From a virus (lineage: Duplodnaviria; Caudoviricetes), in the IMG/VR virus record IMGVR_UViG_3300011008_000008: 64,000 bases of DNA. One strand, 5' to 3'. Shown piece by piece: positions 40,824 through 51,142 of the stretch. The notes beneath the pieces are model-generated. The model made no database searches, was not told the DNA's origin, and saw only the letters and a program-made list of their open reading frames with translations. The position numbers were made by a program, and so were the translations under genes. Each line of letters opens with the position of its first letter. Positions within the stretch are counted from its first letter, which is position 1.

Positions 40824-41072
40824 TCAATCCTCCTTATTAATCTCATAGAAGAAGTTGATCATATAACCTTCGTCTGCACGATTCATGCAGAAAATTTCCC
40901 ACTCATCGCCATGTGCTTTACATAGCTCTCCAATAGCCACATATTGAGAAAGCTTGCTCTTTAGATTGAATTCTTCGCTTCCATCAGTAGAGCGCAGGAG
41001 CACATCGCCCCTGCACTTATTTACAGCATCAATTAGTGTTTCAACGTCTTTTGCATTCTTCAATAGCATCAT
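40824..41072 (-). CDS. HPr-fold-like small protein
   Basis: AVNKCRGDVLL..NLKS pattern resembling HPr, without the His15 region. Confidence 0.45.
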   Translation of the reverse strand: MMLLKNAKDVETLIDAVNKCRGDVLLRSTDGSEEFNLKSKLSQYVAIGELCKAHGDEWEIFCMNRADEGYMINFFYEINKED

Positions 41073-41134
41073 ATTCTATATCTCCTTTATCCTTTTATAT
41101 GGAGGGTATACCGAATACCCTCCGCGTTTTACTA

Positions 41135-43420
41135 TCACTGACACTTAGACCATCCACAAGATGGGCATCTATCACACCCACCTTCGTGGATTAATACTTC
41201 TCCACATTCTGGGCATTTCATACCATCATCAATTGTTGTTTTTGTAATATTAGGAACTGTCGTGCTGGCTGAGATTGTTCCAATATCCGCGTCTGCGTCG
41301 GAATAGCTAATATCTTCCTGCATTTCTCGCCACATATCTTTTAATGCATTACCGATAGCAACTGGGCAACAGCTTCCGCGTGAAGTATCGTGCTTTGTCG
41401 CTGAACGAGCCGCATAGCTTGGGCATGTACCAGAACTTGATAACTGATCAATAATGGAATCTATTCCTACACCACCCCTGGCAGCAAGTGAAATCATTCT
41501 TGAAAGACCAATCATGAAATTATTACATCCACCCGTTGAACCTTTGCTCAAGTATGTTTCCATCAGATCTCCAGTAACCGGATCAAAGAACGCAAGGCAA
41601 TGGAGGCTTCCACAGCCTGTGGTTAGTTTACGCTTTTTGCCTACCAAGTCATTGCTGGACTCAATAATAAATCCGCGATTTGATATTGAATTAGCCTTTG
41701 TTTCTTCTTTAGGTTTATCCTCTTTCTTTGTGTCTGTTGATAAAATACCTGCGCGTCTGCATCCATTTCTAAATACCGTAATCCCCTTTAGGCCATACTT
41801 TGCAGCATTTAGATAGATTTCTTCGACATCTTCAACTTTTGCTTCGTTTGGCAGGTTGATCGTAGATGATATAGAAGCATCGATATACTTTTGCCAAACG
41901 CTCTGCATTTTAATCCTATTAATAGGTTTGATATCAGAGGAAGTCACAAAGTACTCCGGAAGTTCTGCATCATCTTTTAAATGATAATGTTCCATATACT
42001 TTTTTACAATCGGTGTGTATACCTTAAACTCCTTGTCTTTACCAAAAAGACTTTCGGTTTTCCTGGTATAGTAATTTGCAAAGATAGGTTCAATTCCGCC
42101 AGAAATACCGAGCATAGTTGATAGTGTACCCGTAGGAGCAATTGTAAGTAATTGACTATTATAAAGCCCGTGCTCCCTTATATACTTTTTATTATCATCG
42201 GAGATATTTTCTTGGTAGAATGTTGATCTACATAGTTTCTCATAATCATATTTATGGAATGTAGTCTCATTAATTGCCGCCAAATTCGCAGAAGCATATA
42301 TTGCAGAATTGAGGATACAATACGCTATATTAGAACAAATGTTAATGGATTCATCGCTACCATACGTTACGCCCATACGAATGAGCATATCAGCAATACC
42401 CATTACGCCTAAGCCTATCTGTCTCCAATCGCGCACGCTATCACGTTGTTCCTGCAGCGGATGAAGCGGCAAACCTTCATCAAGGATTTCATTTAGGGCA
42501 ACTGTAGCAGTGAATACAGTCTCCCCTAATTCTTCAAAATCAAAATTGCCATCTTGGTCTACAAATTCAGCAAGATTAATACTCCCAAGCAAACACGACC
42601 CACCAGCCGGAAGCGGTTCCTCCGCGCATGGATTGACACCAGCATAAGAAAAATCTTCATAGCCACTATTTAAATTCCAACCTGAAATTCGATCCCAAAA
42701 TAGCATCCCAGGTTCACCCATGTCCCAATTATTATAGGCAATCTTATGGAATAACTCTTTAGCCTTTATTGTTTTGTGAACTACTTCTCCTGTTTCTTCT
42801 CTGGTAAAACTTAGTTCATAATCATCGTCATTTATAATAGCGTCAATGAAATCTTGCTTAATTCTAATTGATGTATTAGCCTTGGTTACACGCTCCAAAT
42901 CTTCCTTAATATTAATGAAATCCTCAATATCTGGATGATTCACGTCAATAGATAACATCAAGGCTCCGCGCCTACCGTTCTGAGAAATTAGACCAGTAAC
43001 CATAGAATACAAATCCATGAACGATACTGCGCCAGACGATTCCTTAGCAGCATTTCTAACCCTTGCTCCTTTAGGTGCAAGATGAGATAAATCAACACCG
43101 CACCCACCCCCATATGAATATGTCCTGGCGAGTTTTTTTGCACAGTCAAAAATGCTTTCAAGGTTATCTTTTGGCGGACTAATAACATAACAGTTTGAGT
43201 ATGTAATTTTCTTTCCTTCTGTTCCACCAAGGCCACGGCTTGCAAGTATTCTGCCTCCTGGCAAAAATTTCTTTTCTATAATTAGTTTCTTAACTTTTTC
43301 GTTTCCTCCACTAATTCGATCAAGCCACTCATCAAATGTTTCATTGCCATTTCTATACTTTCTTTCGTAAATAGAAATGCCTATCTTATTATCTTCACCA
43401 AGCCATTCTTCAACTCTCAT
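41135..43420 (-). CDS. nrdJ: Class II (adenosylcobalamin-dependent) ribonucleotide reductase
   Basis: FLPGGR, SNCY, GRRGALM, NPCAE, IAPTGT and ISSTIN motifs; C-terminal TSCPD-like and zinc-ribbon domains. Confidence 0.92.
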   Translation of the reverse strand: MRVEEWLGEDNKIGISIYERKYRNGNETFDEWLDRISGGNEKVKKLIIEKKFLPGGRILASRGLGGTEGKKITYSNCYVISPPKDNLESIFDCAKKLARTYSYGGGCGVDLSHLAPKGARVRNAAKESSGAVSFMDLYSMVTGLISQNGRRGALMLSIDVNHPDIEDFINIKEDLERVTKANTSIRIKQDFIDAIINDDDYELSFTREETGEVVHKTIKAKELFHKIAYNNWDMGEPGMLFWDRISGWNLNSGYEDFSYAGVNPCAEEPLPAGGSCLLGSINLAEFVDQDGNFDFEELGETVFTATVALNEILDEGLPLHPLQEQRDSVRDWRQIGLGVMGIADMLIRMGVTYGSDESINICSNIAYCILNSAIYASANLAAINETTFHKYDYEKLCRSTFYQENISDDNKKYIREHGLYNSQLLTIAPTGTLSTMLGISGGIEPIFANYYTRKTESLFGKDKEFKVYTPIVKKYMEHYHLKDDAELPEYFVTSSDIKPINRIKMQSVWQKYIDASISSTINLPNEAKVEDVEEIYLNAAKYGLKGITVFRNGCRRAGILSTDTKKEDKPKEETKANSISNRGFIIESSNDLVGKKRKLTTGCGSLHCLAFFDPVTGDLMETYLSKGSTGGCNNFMIGLSRMISLAARGGVGIDSIIDQLSSSGTCPSYAARSATKHDTSRGSCCPVAIGNALKDMWREMQEDISYSDADADIGTISASTTVPNITKTTIDDGMKCPECGEVLIHEGGCDRCPSCGWSKCQ

Positions 43421-43433
43421 TATCTCGCTCCTT

Positions 43434-43874
43434 CTAAATCAACAAGTATTCAATGATATATTGACAAGCTGAATTTAGATCAGGCTCTTGTCTAAACAAA
43501 CTCAACTTAATCCAAGGGTGTATGTTTTCTTCTTCTCCAATCCCTACTACAAATATATGTTTATCGCCAAACATATTCATTGCATTTACAAAGGCAAGTT
43601 CAAAGTGTGTGCCCACAGATGTATCAATTTCTTTTAGGTTCACAATCACAATATCGCATTTTCTAAGTTGGTTCAATTCCCACTCTTTAATTTCTGCTTC
43701 GGTTTTATGGTTAATATAATCATAGTTATAGTATAGTGGCGGATGGATAAAAGAAATTTCGCAATCTGAATACTGTTTCAATTTGTATTCAAATTCTTCT
43801 CTCCATTTCATTTGTTCTTCAAATGGTATGCCACTCATTTTACCTGCGGTATATATTTTAATTGCCATCTTCAC
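43434..43874 (-). CDS. Nucleoside 2-deoxyribosyltransferase-like protein
   Basis: IYTAGKM, WR, CDIVIV and SVGTHFEL motifs. Confidence 0.75.
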   Translation of the reverse strand: MKMAIKIYTAGKMSGIPFEEQMKWREEFEYKLKQYSDCEISFIHPPLYYNYDYINHKTEAEIKEWELNQLRKCDIVIVNLKEIDTSVGTHFELAFVNAMNMFGDKHIFVVGIGEEENIHPWIKLSLFRQEPDLNSACQYIIEYLLI

Positions 43875-44433
43875 TTACCTCATTAATCGCTTTGATTATT
43901 TCTTCAAGACACAATACAGCTTGATTAATCGACATTTTATACTGTGTATTATCAATTATAAAATCTGCTTCGTCAAGCAGCCCATCGAATTGACCGACAT
44001 CCGATAGACTTCTGCGATACGCTTCTTCAATATCGTCGCCTCGTTTAAGGATGTTGATCAGCCTTGAACGCCTATCAACATATAAATACACAGCGTAAGC
44101 AATTATGCCAGCCCGTATAATAGCTCTATATCCCGCTGGTGTAAGAATAGCTACAGTGTCATTATCAGAGCTACAATCCTGAAGCGCCGTCCCATAATAC
44201 CAACCTCTATAAACATTGTATTCTACAAAGAAATCTTCTTCGATAAGTTTATCAAATTCTTCTTTTGTAACAAAATGATAGTCGGAGTCAGCCTTTTCAC
44301 CTTTCCTCATAGGTCGTGTTGTATAAGTAATTACTTTTTTATATTCCTTGTTCTTTTCCATGAAAGCTTTTACCAGGGTTGACTTTCCACTTCCAGATTC
44401 ACCAATGATTACAATCATATTTTGTCCTTTCAA
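43858..44433 (-). CDS. gmk: Guanylate kinase-like nucleotide kinase
   Basis: GESGSGKS, TTRPMRKGE..DYHF and YYGT motifs. Confidence 0.88.
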   Translation of the reverse strand: MKGQNMIVIIGESGSGKSTLVKAFMEKNKEYKKVITYTTRPMRKGEKADSDYHFVTKEEFDKLIEEDFFVEYNVYRGWYYGTALQDCSSDNDTVAILTPAGYRAIIRAGIIAYAVYLYVDRRSRLINILKRGDDIEEAYRRSLSDVGQFDGLLDEADFIIDNTQYKMSINQAVLCLEEIIKAINEVSEDGN

Positions 44434-44675
44434 TCAATTCTATTACAGTTTAAATCCAACAATTCGGCCTTTTCTTCAACTGAACTTATATCGTGAAATA
44501 ATTCATCAAGATATTTATTGGCACATTCTTCACAGTAATCCATATTTTCTATGTGGTATTTTGCTTCGTCACTCCCGCATTCATCACAATAAATGCATTG
44601 TACATGAAGTAAACTACATCCAGAGCCTAATGTACATGTTTCGCAACCGACGCATTGATTTTCAATTTCAATCAT
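44430..44675 (-). CDS. Small Cys-rich hypothetical protein
   Basis: Several CxxC pairs; start probably MIEIENQC overlapping the thyX stop. Confidence 0.5.
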   Translation of the reverse strand: MIEIENQCVGCETCTLGSGCSLLHVQCIYCDECGSDEAKYHIENMDYCEECANKYLDELFHDISSVEEKAELLDLNCNRID

Positions 44676-45366
44676 TGTTTTGTATCCCGGAATAGAAATA
44701 CTGGTTATATAGATCATACCTGGTTTGAATATCTGTCATCCAGTTTTCAGGAATGTCTTTTTGTTCTTTTGTCCACTTGATGAATCTCTGGATATAAGCA
44801 CAGCAATGGAATTCAGGACAACCCATTCTATATATGCAATTGGGTACTAATACATCAGATTCTATTGGATGTGTTTCATGGAGTTTAATCTTAAAATCTT
44901 CTGCAAGCTGCCTCGCTTCATCTGTCGCCGTATGGCACAAACGCTTTCTCCATGCATCAATGCAGTTTTGCATATTGGCATGTCCATCAAAATTCACGAG
45001 AGCTTCTTGAAGTTTCTTCCCTCGCGGGAGACTGCCATGTTCTTTTATGTAATCTTCTACTATGTCCCAATAGTCCGTCCAGTCTGTGGCTTGCACCGGC
45101 ATTCCGTTTGTCCGATCATCTCTTTGCGTTGATATAAACTTCTCAAACTTGTGCCTACTCCATTCAGTAGATAGCCAATAGTATATTCCCTTCCAAGACC
45201 AGTCAAACATAAGCAATCTGATCGGCGAATGTTCTGAAATCAAAAGCTTTTTCTTGAATGTGTCTGTTGCTTCTTTTTCGGTAAAATCCTTATTGTCAGT
45301 AGTTCTACAATGGTTCTTGACCATTCTCCAATCATCGCAAATCCAATTAAATACTGTCTTTAGCAA
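44668..45366 (-). CDS. thyX: FAD-dependent thymidylate synthase-like protein
   Basis: EHSPIR, SRH..STQR and KRLC motifs (divergent ThyX). Confidence 0.7.
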   Translation of the reverse strand: MLKTVFNWICDDWRMVKNHCRTTDNKDFTEKEATDTFKKKLLISEHSPIRLLMFDWSWKGIYYWLSTEWSRHKFEKFISTQRDDRTNGMPVQATDWTDYWDIVEDYIKEHGSLPRGKKLQEALVNFDGHANMQNCIDAWRKRLCHTATDEARQLAEDFKIKLHETHPIESDVLVPNCIYRMGCPEFHCCAYIQRFIKWTKEQKDIPENWMTDIQTRYDLYNQYFYSGIQNND

Positions 45367-45401
45367 ATAACATCACCTTTCATCATAATAACCATGATAA
45401 T

Positions 45402-45447
45402 ATTATATCACTTTTATCCTGTATTGTCAATACTTTTTTGCCTTATT
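45402..45447 (-). promoter_or_regulatory. Consensus promoter with AATAAGGCAAAAAAGTA box
   Basis: TTGACA (45430-45425), 17 bp, TATAAT (45407-45402). Confidence 0.8.
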
Positions 45448-45459
45448 ATATAAATTATT

Positions 45460-45786
45460 CTATGAATTATTTGAAAGCATGTCCCATAGGTCTCTAATCG
45501 ATTTTAATTTGATAATATTGCCATTTACATCAATTACCATACCATCTTCATATTTTGCCCCGCAATTCAGTTCATATACCCAATATGAAATCCAGTCTCC
45601 CTGGTCATTTGCTGCCTTGGCCAGTAGCTCAATGACATCATCTATCATTGTTGGAAACATGATTTCGAGATCTAAATTATCGCTGTATGCATTTCTGCAT
45701 ACAGCATGTATAGATTCATCTAAGCGAATTTGTTTTTCTATACGCTTTAGATATTTTTCAAAATCAGAGTATTCTATATTCATCAT
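45460..45786 (-). CDS. Hypothetical protein
   Basis: 108 aa, DWISYWVYELNCG motif common in phage proteins. Confidence 0.55.
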   Translation of the reverse strand: MMNIEYSDFEKYLKRIEKQIRLDESIHAVCRNAYSDNLDLEIMFPTMIDDVIELLAKAANDQGDWISYWVYELNCGAKYEDGMVIDVNGNIIKLKSIRDLWDMLSNNS

Positions 45787-48700
45787 AGGTTATCCACCTT
45801 CTTATAGTCAGTGATCCAACGTTCAAATTGACCTGGCACTTCCTCATAGTCTCCATTGTCGGTTTTACGTACTTTGTTTCGCATGGGAGATTTGATAACT
45901 CGAATGATGTCCCCCGCCTTCAGCTTATTCTTATTAAATGTTCTTCGATCTATTTTACAGTCCAGCGTAGTTCCATTTTTGAGCGAATACAGCTTTATTC
46001 TTGGAGCATATTTTGTGTTGATGTCTATAACAGCAGCCATGCCTCCATATTCAGCTCCGGTTATATCAACATAGCCAAGGTGTTTAGTTTGCAAAGCCAC
46101 CTTCTCTTTTAAACTGCGCTTGGATGCTATTATGGTTTTGACATATGCTTTTAGGAATGACTTTATATCAACACCGCCAAACATCTTGTCTGTCTCCTTT
46201 TCTGAATACGGTCTAACTTCTTTGATGTCAATACCGGCTTCTTCAAGCTTTAGCTTCTTGATTTGCCTTTTGCCATAATAAGCATCAAAGAGTTTCACGC
46301 ATTCTATAAGATAGTTTGCATCGCCAAATTCAGAAAAGAAATCCAAGTCAATCAGAATTCCGAGCTGCCTCGAATTGGTTGACGTTTTTTCTTTTAGATC
46401 ATATAGCAAATCAATAAAACTTTCATATTTGTTATCCCTCAATGCATATATTTCATTTGCCACATTTGCATTCATATACTTAATTGATGAAATACCTTTA
46501 AATATTTCGTTGGATTCTTTGTCACAGCTATATTGAGCTATTGAATGCCTAAACTTTATCGGAGAAATATGTAAACCGTTCCTCTTTGCAAAGTCAATAA
46601 TTGCAATGCTCTTTTCTTCTTTGCCCTCAAAGATATTTAAGGCAGTAGTAACGAATTCAAGTGGGTAGTGATATCTCAAATATCCGCAGATATAACCAAT
46701 CCAGGAGTAAGGGTCGGCGTGGTTCTTGGAGAACAGATAATCGCTGGCATCTTCAATTACCTGCAAGAAGCTAACGATGATTCTTTCTGCATCTTCTTTT
46801 TCTACACCATAATCATCTTTCATGGTTTGAATAAAACCCTTGATATAATGGTCGCTCGAACCAGAAAGCTTGCCGCCATCTTTGATGATTGGAATATCCT
46901 TTTCTGTTCCAGTTTTCTTGCTGAAGTGGCGACGTACTATATCTGCCTCCCCCATCGTAAATCCACAGAACTTATGAAGGAATTCGATGATCTGCTCTTG
47001 ATAGACTAAGTATCCAAGCGTTGGGGACAGGAAATTATTAAGAGCTTCATTTCCGTTGTCTCTGTATATTCCCTGCGCAAGCAAATCTCTGTATGATTCA
47101 CCTGCTGGTCGTATTGCTCCATTGCCTATAGAAAGCAAATCCATATATGAGAAGTCTGGATTCTTTTCTTTGATTTTAGAAATCGTTGAATCACTTAGGA
47201 GCTGCTTTAAATATGCCGTGGCCGATTGAGATTCCCATTGGAATATCATTGTTGTATCTTCCTTGATACTATTCCATACGTCTATATCATCTGACGGCGT
47301 ATTGTCTGGTGTCAGAAATGGGATACCGGCAAGATCGCAAGTTTTATAAATTAGTCCGATGTTGTCCAGCCCAAGTATGTCCAACTTTACAAAATTTAGC
47401 GAATCAATCTCCTTCATGTTTAATTGGGATATTGGGTATTCATCTGTAGAAGTTGTAAATGTGCCGAACCATTCATCGACAGGGAACGGTGAAACAACGC
47501 AACCCGCAGGATGATTGCCAACAGAAACAACACATCCATTCACTAAATCCACATATTTAAAAATCTTGGGATACTTCTTTCTTGCTGCCTCCTCGTCTAT
47601 TTCTATCATGTCATTAAGTTGAGAAGAAAAATCATTGTAATCATACGGAACTTCTTTGTGTTTGGCATGTTTTTCAATTTCCTTAATTAAGGCTGGTGGC
47701 AAATCGACATCTTGATTATAGTTATCCTTGACGCTCTTTCTAAACTCGTCTATCTTCTTTTTAATATTGTCTGGCAAACATTCCATGTTCTCCCTGGAAA
47801 AAGCTCTGACAATATCATTCACAGCCCCTTTCATTGCAATTGTATTGAATGTAACAATATCACAGCAATACAGACCATGCTTTGTGTATAGATAGTCCTT
47901 TACTACTTTACGATCTTCTGAAAGCCAATCTGTGTCTACGTCCGCCAAAGATACTCTCTCTTTATTCATAAAGCGCTCATAGTTTAGTTTGAGCTTTACG
48001 CTATCAATCTCTGTGATGCCAAGCAAATAAGCTATGATACTACCAGAAACAGACCCACGAGAATAACCAAATTTAATGTTCTTATTTCGCATTGCGGTTT
48101 TATAGTCTTCTTCTAATAGCATGAAGTCTATAGCGCCATTATGTTTATAAGTGTCGTATTCATAGTGTATTCGGTCTAAATACTCTTTATAATTAGGAAG
48201 TTTATTTATCCCCCTTCGTTTTACACCTTCATTGATTTTCTTCTTGAATACACTCTCAGAATCTTCATACAGCTTTGGGTATTTAGGAGAATAATCAAGC
48301 TTAAATTCTTCAACTCGATCAGCCATAAGATTTGTCTGTTCAATCGCATCCAAGACGATGTTCATCGGCAAAGAATTTTGAATCTCATAAGCCTTTATCA
48401 ACTGCTCATAGGATTTAAAGGTCAGATCCCATTCTTCTTCGTTGGCAAACCTGACACCCTTTGCCTTTTGCAGCATTGCCCTACCATCCATATGTTCATC
48501 GTTCAAGGCATGTGTATCAGTTCCGGCGATCAATGGAATACCCGTGCTTTTAGACAAATCATATAGCAGTTGATTGTATGCGATCTGATCTTGGCAGTTG
48601 TGATGCTGTATCTCCAAATAGCACCTATCTTTGTTTTGATTTAAGAATACGAGCATCTTTTCTTTTGCAGATGGTGTTCCATTATTCAGCACTCCACCAA

Positions 48701-49307
48701 GACATGCCGTTGTGACAATAATATTGTCAGATGTCGCAAATAACTCATCGAATGTGATTCTGGGCATGTAGTAAAAATGTCCATCTTCTCTATTGAAGGA
48801 ATTTGACACAATGCGATTAAGTTCTTTTACTCCGTCGTAGTTTTTTGCGATCAATACACAGTGGTAATTATCTCGTTCCTTCTTAGGCGCAGTTTCAGTT
48901 TTAATACTGTCCGTATTTTCGATAAATCCATATGTTATATTATTGCCAGAGCCAATCTTTGCTATCCATGCTTCATCTTCTCGCTGATAATAGCTATTAA
49001 TAGGGATGTGCTTATGTTCTTTGCCGTCAAGCATTACTACATCAGCGGTTTGAGATATTACAACCGGAGAAATATCCTCAGTCAAATATGCTTCAATCGC
49101 ATGAATATATTTCATTCCTGCGGCTTCAACAGCTTCCTTTTTCTTGACCCATTGGAAAATTGAACCATGTTCACTAAATGCCATTGCTTTCATTCCAAAT
49201 TTTTTAGCAGCATCAATATAATCATGATAATCTGTAATGCTGTCTATATTGGTAATCCCATTACTCAATCTGGAATGAAGATGGTACACCGTATAGTTAT
49301 TACTCAT
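45783..49307 (-). CDS. dnaE: DNA polymerase III alpha subunit (family C)
   Basis: PHP domain (HLH, EHG, DTH), SRGSVSGS, ADVDTD, HPAG, KLDILGL, VYQEQ and FSKNHA motifs. Confidence 0.95.
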   Translation of the reverse strand: MSNNYTVYHLHSRLSNGITNIDSITDYHDYIDAAKKFGMKAMAFSEHGSIFQWVKKKEAVEAAGMKYIHAIEAYLTEDISPVVISQTADVVMLDGKEHKHIPINSYYQREDEAWIAKIGSGNNITYGFIENTDSIKTETAPKKERDNYHCVLIAKNYDGVKELNRIVSNSFNREDGHFYYMPRITFDELFATSDNIIVTTACLGGVLNNGTPSAKEKMLVFLNQNKDRCYLEIQHHNCQDQIAYNQLLYDLSKSTGIPLIAGTDTHALNDEHMDGRAMLQKAKGVRFANEEEWDLTFKSYEQLIKAYEIQNSLPMNIVLDAIEQTNLMADRVEEFKLDYSPKYPKLYEDSESVFKKKINEGVKRRGINKLPNYKEYLDRIHYEYDTYKHNGAIDFMLLEEDYKTAMRNKNIKFGYSRGSVSGSIIAYLLGITEIDSVKLKLNYERFMNKERVSLADVDTDWLSEDRKVVKDYLYTKHGLYCCDIVTFNTIAMKGAVNDIVRAFSRENMECLPDNIKKKIDEFRKSVKDNYNQDVDLPPALIKEIEKHAKHKEVPYDYNDFSSQLNDMIEIDEEAARKKYPKIFKYVDLVNGCVVSVGNHPAGCVVSPFPVDEWFGTFTTSTDEYPISQLNMKEIDSLNFVKLDILGLDNIGLIYKTCDLAGIPFLTPDNTPSDDIDVWNSIKEDTTMIFQWESQSATAYLKQLLSDSTISKIKEKNPDFSYMDLLSIGNGAIRPAGESYRDLLAQGIYRDNGNEALNNFLSPTLGYLVYQEQIIEFLHKFCGFTMGEADIVRRHFSKKTGTEKDIPIIKDGGKLSGSSDHYIKGFIQTMKDDYGVEKEDAERIIVSFLQVIEDASDYLFSKNHADPYSWIGYICGYLRYHYPLEFVTTALNIFEGKEEKSIAIIDFAKRNGLHISPIKFRHSIAQYSCDKESNEIFKGISSIKYMNANVANEIYALRDNKYESFIDLLYDLKEKTSTNSRQLGILIDLDFFSEFGDANYLIECVKLFDAYYGKRQIKKLKLEEAGIDIKEVRPYSEKETDKMFGGVDIKSFLKAYVKTIIASKRSLKEKVALQTKHLGYVDITGAEYGGMAAVIDINTKYAPRIKLYSLKNGTTLDCKIDRRTFNKNKLKAGDIIRVIKSPMRNKVRKTDNGDYEEVPGQFERWITDYKKVDNL

Positions 49308-50106
49308 TCGATTCTCCTATATACTTCTTGTACTCGCAAGAATTTCTAAACTCGCATAGATTATTACAGTAAAAGAAATCTATCGTTGGTTCAAAATCGT
49401 TCTCCTTCTCAATGTCGTGTATGGCATCTATAAACCATCGTATTGCTTCATTATATTCTTTCTCGTTAAAACAAATCTTAACAGCATCATTTTCCTTAAA
49501 GTAATTCCACATAATGTACTTCGGGAATACGCCATATTCTTTCTTTATTGCATTGCAGTAAAGATACATCTGCTTCTTATATTTTTCAAACGATTCTTCC
49601 TGTGCTTTTAAAACTTTATGCGTTCGTTTTGAAAGAGGATATTTCGCAGATTTATGATCAATGACAATATAATCACCAGTATCTTTGTCTTGCAACAAGA
49701 GGTCGATATAGCCGGTAAATTTATAACCTTCTATCTCTATATCAATTTTCTTTTCAACACCACAAACAGCAAATTCATTTAGCCAATCAACTTCCAAATC
49801 AGCAAAGTATTCGGCACACTGCTCGAACGATTTATCCATTTGCTTCTTTTGTATTTCGTAGAAAACGTTCTCATCAAAATGATCTACAAAGTATTGGGAT
49901 GCGTCGTTAACGTCAAGTTGCTTGTTAAAAATCTTTTCAAGTATTTCATGCACATAAGATCCTACCTCTGCATAGAAATTCCCTTCTGGTAAATAAGCTT
50001 CATCGTCACACACAATATATTTCAGATAGAACTGATATTTACATTGGATGTAACTTGTTATCCTTGAAAACGACCAGGTCATCCCATTGATTTTATCAGA
50101 GTACAA
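49300..50106 (-). CDS. PD-(D/E)XK exonuclease (Cas4/AddB-like)
   Basis: SFSR..C, GYID..IDHKS, QMYLY and C..C..C Fe-S pattern. Confidence 0.8.
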   Translation of the reverse strand: MYSDKINGMTWSFSRITSYIQCKYQFYLKYIVCDDEAYLPEGNFYAEVGSYVHEILEKIFNKQLDVNDASQYFVDHFDENVFYEIQKKQMDKSFEQCAEYFADLEVDWLNEFAVCGVEKKIDIEIEGYKFTGYIDLLLQDKDTGDYIVIDHKSAKYPLSKRTHKVLKAQEESFEKYKKQMYLYCNAIKKEYGVFPKYIMWNYFKENDAVKICFNEKEYNEAIRWFIDAIHDIEKENDFEPTIDFFYCNNLCEFRNSCEYKKYIGESNE

Positions 50107-50111
50107 TTAGT

Positions 50112-51098
50112 TTACACCACCTTCTTCTTGGTACTATATAACTCCTTCCATATCTCACTTCCACAATCTGCTGGCGAGTTTTTAGATTCAGCGCCACCGA
50201 GCAATTTTTTAGAGTCATTAATTACAAACACATTGGTTATTACTTTCAACCGTTCAATATTTTGTCTGACATCCTTTTGATAGTAATTAATATCAGAATC
50301 ATATGCGAACACTATATTTACTCTTAATTTTGCAAGGATTAGAATCTGTTCAGGCGTCAATGTATGCTTCTCCGCTGAAACACAGTTCTTAAAACCCCAA
50401 CCATACGCTTTCATTACAGATTTTACCGATTCAAAAATAATTACCTCATTCTGTTTTTTGATATATGGCATCGTCATATTCAATGACTGCAAATAATCCA
50501 TAACCCCTATTTGATAATAGTTTATATATTTGGGTATTCTAAGTTTTTTATAATCTGGAAATCGCGTTCTTGCCTTGATATTAATTAAATTGCCATCTAT
50601 GTCATATACTGGATAAACGATCCTGTTCTGTCTATGATCTACCCTAACATCGAACAAATCCATTACATCTTGTCTTATTCCCTCGTCAAGCCATTCTTGG
50701 ACGATTTCTTTTTTGAATTTATCATATTCACTATATGGAATAATGTCATGCTTAAACGGCTCCCTTGGTCTTTGCGACCATGATTTCAGCTTTTTCAAAA
50801 ACATTATCGTCTCTGATTTGCACATCTTCGATAGATCAACGTCTGCAAGTGCTGCCGCCTTTTCAACGGCTTCATCAAACCGCAGACCTTCATACTCCAT
50901 CAGATACTTTATTATTCCCCCGCCTCGACCACATGAGAAACAATAAAAACTGTTCTTATCCGGAGTAACAGAAAAAGAGGGAGTCTTATCTACGTGTAGC
51001 GGACAATGCCCAAAGTAATCATTCCCTCTTTTCTCTAACTCCATTTGTTGGTTTATATATTCATAAAGGTTCACATTATCAGATATTTCTTTGAGCAT
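50112..51098 (-). CDS. DNA primase (CHC2 zinc finger plus TOPRIM)
   Basis: CPLH..TPSF..CFSC, FES and YDSD motifs. Confidence 0.88.
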   Translation of the reverse strand: MLKEISDNVNLYEYINQQMELEKRGNDYFGHCPLHVDKTPSFSVTPDKNSFYCFSCGRGGGIIKYLMEYEGLRFDEAVEKAAALADVDLSKMCKSETIMFLKKLKSWSQRPREPFKHDIIPYSEYDKFKKEIVQEWLDEGIRQDVMDLFDVRVDHRQNRIVYPVYDIDGNLINIKARTRFPDYKKLRIPKYINYYQIGVMDYLQSLNMTMPYIKKQNEVIIFESVKSVMKAYGWGFKNCVSAEKHTLTPEQILILAKLRVNIVFAYDSDINYYQKDVRQNIERLKVITNVFVINDSKKLLGGAESKNSPADCGSEIWKELYSTKKKVV

Positions 51099-51142
51099 AT
51101 CATCATCATATTGTTTAATTACTGAAATATGCTCTCACCCCT

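Noticed and set aside
47600-49090. Inteins in DnaE (two apparent insertions of about 50 aa)
   Set aside because: Too short, with no C/S start, HN-C/S/T end or endonuclease motifs
49300-50106. CRISPR-associated Cas4 or a CRISPR array
   Set aside because: No repeat-spacer array or other cas genes seen; replication context fits a phage exonuclease
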